DNA of 64,000 nt from Gammaproteobacteria bacterium (GTDB taxonomy: Bacteria > Pseudomonadota > Gammaproteobacteria > Pseudomonadales > Halieaceae), in the NCBI GenBank assembly GCA_003646415.1, contig QNFS01000001.1, positions 15,068 through 79,067 on the forward strand. The letters run 5' to 3'. Under the pieces are notes generated by a model. It was not told the origin of the DNA and searched no databases. It worked only from the letters and a program-made list of their open reading frames with translations. The first letter of the stretch is position 1. Each line of letters starts with the position of its first letter. Shown here piece after piece: positions 1 to 7,129 of this stretch. The translations under genes and the position numbers were made by a program.

Positions 1-189
1 TTATACCTGTCTTGTAAAAGCTCGCGACAAAGCCCGCATAGTGGAGAGTCAGTTGGGTACAAAAATGGTAGGTCAGACGGCCGATGGAGGCCGTGCTGGA
101 ATCGCGTAAGATTGCCCGATCGTGGTTTCAGTTTGCATGGGTGTGATAATGCCAGTGCGCAGCGCAGGAGGAGGAGGATTATTCGTGCC

Positions 190-936
190 ATGGATCTGAT
201 TGATTACGCAATACTCGACAAACTTGAGCCGGAAGCCTTTGAGGGCGCCCGACCATTTCCCTGGCTGAATCCCCACGGGGTGCTTACCGAGGCGGCTTAT
301 CGTGGCCTGGTGGGGGCGCTGCCACCGCTCGAGGATTGCGAGAAATTTTTCGGCAAGCAGCGCAAGTACGGTCAGCAGTCACATGACCGTTACCGCCTTG
401 AGTACGAACGCGGTCTCGACATTCCACCGCTTTGGCAGGCCTTCATCGACGAACTCGAAGACCCGCGTTACACGGCCTGGCTTCGCGGCATGCTGAGTAC
501 GCGTAATTTCCGTCTCCATTACCACTGGCATTACGCCCCAAATGGCTGTTCCGTCTCGCCACATTGCGACTCACGTGGCAAGTTGGGTTCGCACATCTTC
601 TACATGAATACCAATGACGACTGGCAGCAGTCCTGGGGTGGCGAGACCGTGGTGCTCAATGATGGCGCCCGTTTCAAGGCACAGTCAGCGCCGGCCTGGG
701 AGGACTTTGATACCGCCGTCCCGGCGCAGACGCTGGAGAACTACAGTTTCCTTTTTCGTCGGCGCGGTAACTCCTGGCACGGTGTACGCGAAATTCATTG
801 TCCGGAAGATCGGCTGCGTAAAGTATTCATCGTGGTCATTGAAGACAATAGCCCGCGCAAGCGCATCAAGCGCTGGGGGAAGAGTCTCGGTGCAGACCAC
901 GGTGCCCAGCGGCAACATCGAGTGGCTGTTGACTAA
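190..936 (+). CDS. 2OG-Fe(II) oxygenase superfamily protein (prolyl-hydroxylase-like)
   Basis: The 112..936 ORF contains an HxD...H-type motif (SPHCDSRG ... NSWHGVRE). I prefer the ATG at 190 (MDLIDYAIL), which follows an aggaggagga stretch. The Arg-rich residues before it look non-coding. Confidence 0.6.
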   Translation: MDLIDYAILDKLEPEAFEGARPFPWLNPHGVLTEAAYRGLVGALPPLEDCEKFFGKQRKYGQQSHDRYRLEYERGLDIPPLWQAFIDELEDPRYTAWLRGMLSTRNFRLHYHWHYAPNGCSVSPHCDSRGKLGSHIFYMNTNDDWQQSWGGETVVLNDGARFKAQSAPAWEDFDTAVPAQTLENYSFLFRRRGNSWHGVREIHCPEDRLRKVFIVVIEDNSPRKRIKRWGKSLGADHGAQRQHRVAVD

Positions 937-983
937 ATATTAACCAGGGGTGGGGAATTTTACTTTGGCACTAATGGGGAGAA

Positions 984-1496
984 TTACTTTGGTATTGACA
1001 CCTCATCCTCAACAAAGAACTGTTTTGCTCTATCGATGGTATGAATACAGAGGAGGAGTATGAGCACTATGGCGATGATCCCATGTAGTTTGTGGAATAT
1101 GTTGAACATCTGCTCATTTTCTACTGCTAGTGCAGAATAATTTATCAGATCAAACGCACGCACATCGTATTTAGTGAATGCGGCCTGCAATACTCCAATA
1201 ATGGGCTGCAATAATAGCAAGGGATAGAAAAGCAACTGTATAAGTATGGAGGGTTTCTTATACCACTGTCGTCTCACATAAAGCTTATGTTTTTTGCGCC
1301 ACCACCACCGAATTAGCATCAGCACAAATACTAACGAACCCAGTCCGGAATGAATCATCATAAATACTGGTTTATTGTCGGGTGTAATATCTCCCGCTCG
1401 CCATCCAGACATGAGTAACAATATACCTATTAAGGCAACCAACCAGTGTAGGGCTTTTGCAGCGGTGTAGTAGGATTTTCGTTTTTTTTGAGGCAC
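984..1496 (-). CDS. cytochrome b561 family membrane protein
   Basis: 170 aa with four hydrophobic helices. His residues sit in typical b561/CybB contexts (ALHWLVA, MMIHSGLG, FHKLHG). The gene lies in an AT-rich segment. Confidence 0.6.
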   Translation of the reverse strand: MPQKKRKSYYTAAKALHWLVALIGILLLMSGWRAGDITPDNKPVFMMIHSGLGSLVFVLMLIRWWWRKKHKLYVRRQWYKKPSILIQLLFYPLLLLQPIIGVLQAAFTKYDVRAFDLINYSALAVENEQMFNIFHKLHGIIAIVLILLLCIHTIDRAKQFFVEDEVSIPK

Positions 1497-1559
1497 TAGA
1501 ATTCTCTCATAAATACATATATGTTGGAAATGGAACTATGGAAATCTGAATAATTTGTA

Positions 1560-2081
1560 TTATCTTTCCAGATGTAGAGCGGCAAGCAACTCTATACCAA
1601 TACGAATATTCTCTCTTGCGGCACCTTCCAAAGCGACGCGAACACGATTTGCCCCACTTATACCGCCCTCAAATACCCCACCCGTATAGGTTGACAATAT
1701 GCTTTCCTCTAGTAAAGGTGCCCTTTGCGCTGTGTGCGAAAATTTCCATATTGTTTTCATCGATACTGTCATGTTCGTACTGAATGAAGGGGTGACAACC
1801 TTGATAATGCGGATCTCCAGTGAATAATCCTGATTATCACCACTGGAAAATATCTCACTGGCATTAATCGCATCAATCACAGTTTGCTCATAATAATCCA
1901 CCGTAACACCTGCCGAAGCACCACGAACACTTAAGGCAATAGGGGTCAAATCGCTCAAATCACTTTGATCAAGGTTAGGCGAACTGAATTTTGGAGCAAG
2001 TTCACTTTCGCTCGCCACGACCACTGAACCCACCATAAGTACGAAACTAGTGAAAATAGCCAATACGCAGCCTTTTACCAT
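1560..2081 (-). CDS. exported hypothetical protein (signal peptide)
   Basis: I place the start at the ATG at 2081 (MVKGCVLAIFTSFVLMVGSVVVA/SE, signal-peptide-like). The rest of the 215-aa track ORF upstream runs through non-coding tandem repeats. I recognise no family. No obvious SD. Confidence 0.5.
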   Translation of the reverse strand: MVKGCVLAIFTSFVLMVGSVVVASESELAPKFSSPNLDQSDLSDLTPIALSVRGASAGVTVDYYEQTVIDAINASEIFSSGDNQDYSLEIRIIKVVTPSFSTNMTVSMKTIWKFSHTAQRAPLLEESILSTYTGGVFEGGISGANRVRVALEGAARENIRIGIELLAALHLER

Positions 2082-2102
2082 AGGTCGATAAAGAAACAAT
2101 CT

Positions 2103-2299
2103 CACTTTAAATCTCCAACAAACTCCTGTCAAATATTCCCCCCCCCCCTTAATGCCCAGCTCGACTGAGAGGTGGCCCACTTTAAATCTCCAACAAACTC
2201 CTGTCAAATATTCTCTACGTAATGCCCAGGTCGACAGAGAGGTGGCCCACTTTAAATCTCCAACAAACTCCTGTCAAATATTCCCTGCGTAATGCCCTG
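2103..2299 (-). repeat. tandem triplication of a ~70-75 bp module, each with a sigma70-like promoter (TTGACA-N17-TAAAGT)
   Basis: Copies start at 2103, 2178 and 2248 (plus strand: cactttaaatctccaacaaactcctgtcaaatattc...taatgccc...). On the minus strand each copy reads aatatTTGACAggagtttgttggagattTAAAGTg. The third copy diverges after taatgccc. Confidence 0.85.
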
Positions 2300-2632
2300 T
2301 GGGAATGTTCCAAATTGGCTTTCCTCTAAAGATCGCGGATCCCCTCTATGAGTACTGACAAGTTAAAGTCTCCAATCCCGAGAATTGGGACACCCCAGTT
2401 CAAGCTACCACCTCACTCCCTGACCCTGGTCACCTCATTGATTGACTCTGTAGTACAGCCAGACGGCGTAGCTGATGATGCTGGCCTGCGTCAGATGGCA
2501 GAACTGGCTGATATGCCTCAATTTGTGGGCTATCCCGCCGTTTTCCGCCACGCTGTAGTCACTTGAGTTGAAACAAGATGATAGATCAGACCCTGGCTCA
2601 CCCGCGCCGCCTGAAAGCAATTCCAGGGTACC

Positions 2633-3868
2633 TTAGTCAACGGGTAGATTATCACGCAAAAAGCGCATCATATTTTCACCCATCACCTTGCGGACCTCCG
2701 TTTCGGTGAAGTTGGCTTTAAGCATCTCGTCCGTCAAGACAATGAGCTCAGAGATGTCAAAGGGCGCTGATATTGAACCATCAAAATCAGAGCCCAGGGC
2801 CACGTGGTTCTCACCTACCAGATCGATACCGTAACGTATGGCCCCGACAATGCTCCGGGGCGTTGCTTCGCATACGGCGCCACCCCAGTAGCCAACACCT
2901 ATGATCCCACCGTTTTTTGCAATTTTTTGCATTAGTTGATCGCTGATATTTCGAGGGCTTGGGCAATGGCCATAGAACCCTGTGTGGCTGACAATCAGGG
3001 GCGCACTACTGCGGGCCAATACATCTTCAACCACCCTGGGGGAGGAGTGTGAGACATCGATCATAATACCCCTGGCCAGCATTTTATCCACCGCCCGGCG
3101 ACCGAATTCAGTCAAGCCGGCGCCACTCTCGCCATGCAGGGAGCCGCCCAGTTTGTTGTCGAAAAAGTGCTGCAGGCTCATCATGCGAAAGCCGGCCTCA
3201 TAAAGCTTATCGATGTTGTCGAGTTCCCCGTCCAGGGCATGGGAGCCCTCGACGCCAAGAACACCGCCTACCACAGTCTCTCCGTTTGCCCGCCGGGATA
3301 GCAGTGTTTTCAGGTCTTTAGCACTGAGAATTAATTGAAACTGCTTCGGAGCTTGCTCAACCATGGCATGCAGGCGCCCGGCCTGATAAAGCGCCCGCTC
3401 AGTCAAGCTGTTCCAGGTGGCCAGAGGCCATGCCTGCAACACTGCCAGCGAAGTTATGTTGTCACGTGCGTCGCTGATAGTGTTTTTGTACTTAAGGCCG
3501 CTGGGGGATTTGGTGACAGAGGTAAACATCTGCACAGCCACATTGCCCTCGCGCATGCGCGGTATATCCACATGGCCGCGGTCGCCGCTCTCCAGCAAGT
3601 CGCGTTGCCACAGGGTACTGTCGGCATGCAGGTCGCCAATCACCAGGCTTTTGTGCAGCGCCCTGGCCTCGGCGGAGAACTCGTAGTCGGCGTGGGGAAT
3701 TACGGTGTTCATGCTCCCATCAAGTCTGGCAGGCCCCAGCGACAATGCCAGGGCGAGTAGCAGAGATAGGACAACGACAATAATTACAGCGACTAGAACG
3801 AGCGTCATGGTCACCTTGTAGTGGGCGTTGTTTTCGAGGTTATAGGATCCATCCGGCGCAGCGAACAC
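2633..3868 (-). CDS. membrane dipeptidase (peptidase M19, renal dipeptidase family) with N-terminal membrane anchor
   Basis: Carries M19-type motifs (IGDLHADSTLW, VDVSHSS, ALGSDFDG). The codon at 3868 is GTG; an alternative ATG lies at 3808 (MTLVLVAV...). Confidence 0.85.
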   Translation of the reverse strand: MFAAPDGSYNLENNAHYKVTMTLVLVAVIIVVVLSLLLALALSLGPARLDGSMNTVIPHADYEFSAEARALHKSLVIGDLHADSTLWQRDLLESGDRGHVDIPRMREGNVAVQMFTSVTKSPSGLKYKNTISDARDNITSLAVLQAWPLATWNSLTERALYQAGRLHAMVEQAPKQFQLILSAKDLKTLLSRRANGETVVGGVLGVEGSHALDGELDNIDKLYEAGFRMMSLQHFFDNKLGGSLHGESGAGLTEFGRRAVDKMLARGIMIDVSHSSPRVVEDVLARSSAPLIVSHTGFYGHCPSPRNISDQLMQKIAKNGGIIGVGYWGGAVCEATPRSIVGAIRYGIDLVGENHVALGSDFDGSISAPFDISELIVLTDEMLKANFTETEVRKVMGENMMRFLRDNLPVD

Positions 3869-3943
3869 AGACCCGAAGTCCTTGATTACCGGGCCCGTTT
3901 GCGGTCCGGCGGCGTGTGCGATGCTGACCTGTCTGAGCGACTA

Positions 3944-4942
3944 CTAGTCGAGGACTTTCGGCATGATGTCGTTTTTTAATCGCCGCATGTCGTCGATAGT
4001 TTTCGACGTCGGCGTGCCACTGAATGGCGGCCACAGCATTGGCAATGTCAAACCGGCGTCCCGGTACCGTTTGAGGTTGTCAGTGATCTGAGCCTCAGTC
4101 CCGATGAGTGTAGGTGTGAGTCTGCCCCGATCTGTCTGGTCCGTTTTTTCGGCCGTAATATCGAAGTTAATCATGCATGATATCGTCAAATCATCCAGCA
4201 ATTGAATATTGCCAATCTTATCCAGTTCTGCCGCGATGGTGGCTCGCCAGGCCGCAATGGCATCGGGAGTCTCCATCGCGCCAATCCAACCCGCCAGACC
4301 GTATTTGACGATACGCTGTGCCGTTGTCTCGGGCTTTAACAAGCCCCCAAAAAAGATCGGCGGATGCGGTTTCTGCACGGGTTTGGCGCCAAAGCCGCAT
4401 TTCTGGAACGAGGAAAACTCACCATCGTATTCAAACAGGTCATTGGTCCAAACTCCCTGCATGATCTCGATAGTCTCGCGCACGTGTTTGTTCTTTTTGC
4501 CGAAGATGTGCGCGGCGCCAGCAGCTTCGAACTCCTCCTTCATCCAACCCGTACCGACGCCGACATTGATGCGACCGCCGGAGAGCTGATCCAGGGTGCT
4601 GATCTCAGCGGCCAGAACCCCTGGCGCCCGGTACGGCGTGACGATAATACTCGTCCCGAGCCTCACTTTTTTTGTGATCGCGGCGAGATAAGGGACCAGC
4701 GGCAGACCCTGGAGCCATTCGCCTGTTGACTTGACCGGTAGCCCCTTTGGGAACTCCGGCATGCCACCAAACGACATTTCCAGTTCCTCCCGGTCCGATG
4801 CCTCCGGGACGACAACACGGTCGAGCGACCAAACGGAATCGAAGTCGAGTTCTTCCGCGGTTTTGGTTAAATCAACGATTTCCTCAACGCTAATCTTGTT
4901 CCGGAAGTTGGGTAGGTAAAGTGCAAGTTTCATAAAAGACAC
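3944..4942 (-). CDS. LLM-class (luciferase-like) flavin-dependent oxidoreductase, possibly F420-dependent
   Basis: 332 aa. The N-terminus MKLALYLPNF...AEELDFDSVWSLDR and the overall TIM-barrel LLM pattern fit this class. The cofactor cannot be told from sequence alone. Confidence 0.7.
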   Translation of the reverse strand: MSFMKLALYLPNFRNKISVEEIVDLTKTAEELDFDSVWSLDRVVVPEASDREELEMSFGGMPEFPKGLPVKSTGEWLQGLPLVPYLAAITKKVRLGTSIIVTPYRAPGVLAAEISTLDQLSGGRINVGVGTGWMKEEFEAAGAAHIFGKKNKHVRETIEIMQGVWTNDLFEYDGEFSSFQKCGFGAKPVQKPHPPIFFGGLLKPETTAQRIVKYGLAGWIGAMETPDAIAAWRATIAAELDKIGNIQLLDDLTISCMINFDITAEKTDQTDRGRLTPTLIGTEAQITDNLKRYRDAGLTLPMLWPPFSGTPTSKTIDDMRRLKNDIMPKVLD

Positions 4943-5015
4943 CCTCAGTTACTTCTCAGTCACTTGTTCCACGGCATCGTGCAACCTTTTCTATCATCCG
5001 GAGCACGACCCTCAA

Positions 5016-5456
5016 TTACTGCTGTATCGATTTCAGATAGATAAGCATCTCCAGGATGCGCCCACGCAGAGCGGTTTCCGAAGCGAGACCGGAGTCTTTC
5101 CATTCGCCGCCCCAGATTGGCATGTCCTTGCTGCCGTGCGCGCCACCGATCATATCACGGCCATCGATAGCCTCGAAAACATGATCATAAGGAAATGTGC
5201 CGCCGTTATTCTTGCTCAGCAAGGTCAAATCGGAGGGCTTCTTCGTCAGCATCACCGCAAAAGGCCCGGCCCCTTTCGCGTCGACTCCGTGACACGACGC
5301 ACAATAGTCCATGTAGCGATTCTTGCCTGCAGCCTCGACCCCTTCGTCCGCCATGGCGGAGGCTCCGAAAAACAACACAGTAGCCGCCATCGCTACACCC
5401 AAAGTCATGGAAATCCTCAGTTTACCCGCCGACAACCTACTATTAACACTTTTCAT
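5016..5456 (-). CDS. class I c-type cytochrome (exported)
   Basis: Has a CASCH haem-binding motif (YCASCHGVDAKG) and a distal Met (KDMPIWG). The ATG at 5456 gives a signal peptide (...FFGASAMA). Confidence 0.8.
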   Translation of the reverse strand: MKSVNSRLSAGKLRISMTLGVAMAATVLFFGASAMADEGVEAAGKNRYMDYCASCHGVDAKGAGPFAVMLTKKPSDLTLLSKNNGGTFPYDHVFEAIDGRDMIGGAHGSKDMPIWGGEWKDSGLASETALRGRILEMLIYLKSIQQ

Positions 5457-5763
5457 GATTATTCCTCTAGCACTTGTAGTTAAACCACCACCCTGGACGC
5501 TTCGATACCACACCCCTTTTCCCCAAGTGTACATAAATGCTTACGTAGGTCAAATTTAGGTAACTAAATGGGGTAATAGAAAATAATTTTCTTTAAAAAA
5601 AAACCTTTTCCACCTGCTCACTTTACTGGCGAAGCTGCTTCGTCATGCCAAGGATAGCTTATGGAGTGTTGATCTATTTCGCTGTGAGTCGATTCTACTG
5701 ACAATCCATAGGGTTTGATGTAGCCTGTCAATAGCTCACAGACACAAGCAAAGAGAGGTGGAA

Positions 5764-5991
5764 ATGAAACTTAAGACCTTTGCCGTTGTACCTATGGTGC
5801 TCACGGTCATATTGTCCATTTCTCCGGCCTGGGCACAGGTCGCTATGCCGACCAAGGAGCAGGTCTCCAGCGTTCTCGCCGCACCCGAATTCTCACCCTA
5901 TGCCGGGCGTTTCGGTGTGGACATGCCGGATGATGTTCCCATGATGACCCAGGAGCGTGCCTATACCTCACCCATCTGGTATACGCCATAA
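5764..5991 (+). pseudogene. internally deleted remnant of a DUF3604-family gene (signal peptide + N-terminal and C-terminal ends only)
   Basis: This 75-aa ORF keeps a signal peptide, an EFSPYAGR segment and a QERAYTSPIWYTP terminus. As I remember the family, these are the N- and C-terminal signatures of ~600-aa DUF3604 proteins, and the ~500 aa between them are absent. Confidence 0.45.
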
Positions 5992-6111
5992 GCGATACCG
6001 ACGCCATCGGATATCGTCATAATCTCCCTGATCGGCGTCCACATAGGCCCAGTCTCCCAGGGACCGATATACCCTAGAGTGAGTGGGTCAATCCACAGAG
6101 AGTAAAATATC

Positions 6112-6963
6112 ATGCTCAAATACCCCATCGTATCGCTACCCCTTCTATTCATCTTCTCCCTCAGTGCATGCAGTGGCATGGAGAGCAAAAAAGCGGAGGT
6201 ACCGGAAATCCGGCCCGGGATTCTGCAGGGGTATTTGCCGATGGACATTCCGGTAGACAGCAAGGCATTCGTACTACCAGCACCGGCTGAAGATTCCCCA
6301 CGACAGGAACTGGATGATGTGGTGAGTGCGAAAGCCCTGACCCTGCGCAGCTCACCCCGCTGGACACTAGCGCAGCACGATGCACATTTGGGTTTCCCGG
6401 CGGCGGCGAATGCTTTTTCCTGCACGCTGGGTATACCTGTCAGTGAACAGGAAACACCGGAGCTGTACATGTTGTTAAGGCGCACTCTGGCGGACGTTGG
6501 GCTCGCGACCTATTCCGCCAAAAATTTCTACCAGCGCAAGCGTCCCTTCATGATCAACGAGGAACCCACCTGCACACCCGATGAAGAGAAAGAGCTAAGG
6601 CACGACGGCTCTTATCCCTCCGGCCACACCTCCATCGGCTGGGGCTGGGCTCTGATCCTGTCCGAACTGGCGCCGGAGCGCGCCGATGCCCTACTCGCCA
6701 GGGGCAGGGCCTTCGGTGAGAGCCGCATTGTCTGCAATGTGCACTGGTATAGCGATGTGGTGGCCGGAAGAATGGTAGCGGCTGCAGCGGTGGCTAAGCT
6801 ACATACCAACAAGGACTTCCTCACTGCGATGACTGTGGTCGGCGAAGAAATTGGTCGTGTGCGGGAAAAAGGATTGCCACTCAATGACGATTGTACGGCT
6901 GAGGCTGAAGCACTGTCGACGTGGCCCTGGCACAACCGCCGTCCCTCCGCTCCTACAGAATAG
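6112..6963 (+). CDS. class A nonspecific acid phosphatase (PAP2 family) lipoprotein
   Basis: Lipobox LSAC. PAP2 motifs are present: KRPF, PSGHTS, SRIVCNVHWYSDVVAGR. Confidence 0.85.
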   Translation: MLKYPIVSLPLLFIFSLSACSGMESKKAEVPEIRPGILQGYLPMDIPVDSKAFVLPAPAEDSPRQELDDVVSAKALTLRSSPRWTLAQHDAHLGFPAAANAFSCTLGIPVSEQETPELYMLLRRTLADVGLATYSAKNFYQRKRPFMINEEPTCTPDEEKELRHDGSYPSGHTSIGWGWALILSELAPERADALLARGRAFGESRIVCNVHWYSDVVAGRMVAAAAVAKLHTNKDFLTAMTVVGEEIGRVREKGLPLNDDCTAEAEALSTWPWHNRRPSAPTE

Positions 6964-6983
6964 GTCAGCCCTTGATTTTTCTG

Positions 6984-7008
6984 GATTCCCGCCTGCGCGG
7001 GAATGATG
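6984..7008. repeat. REP-like palindromic element (gattcccgc-ctgc-gcgggaatga)
   Basis: An imperfect hairpin, attcccgc/gcgggaat. The same family occurs twice at 15759..15828. Confidence 0.7.
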
Positions 7009-7129
7009 TCAAAGTTAGCGGCACGGTGTTTCGGGACGCACACTAACTACATAGCCGCACTTCTGGTATTGTCAGTCGCGAGTACAACACAACTATCAGC
7101 AGCGAGCCGCAGCGACCGGAGAATATAGC

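Noticed and set aside
2103-2299. Possible small CRISPR array (three regularly spaced repeats)
   Set aside because: The sequences between the conserved cores are themselves conserved between copies, so there are no unique spacers. There are only three units, they have no dyad-symmetric repeat, and there are no cas genes. This is a tandem duplication.
2348-2566. 72-aa plus-strand ORF in the gap between the repeats and the dipeptidase gene
   Set aside because: No RBS and no recognisable motif, and it overlaps an equally unconvincing ORF on the other strand. I treated the region as non-coding or degenerate.
2435-2620. A minus-strand 61-aa ORF containing AHKLRH, reminiscent of the HxLRH box of tyrosine recombinases, next to the AT-rich islet
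   Set aside because: Only a 5-residue resemblance. There is no downstream catalytic Tyr context, and the rest of the ORF is not integrase-like. That is too weak to call an integrase remnant. A profile search would be needed.
5961-6485. 174-aa minus-strand ORF overlapping the acid phosphatase gene
   Set aside because: The plus-strand ORF carries the complete PAP2 motif set and a lipobox. The antisense ORF has no features.
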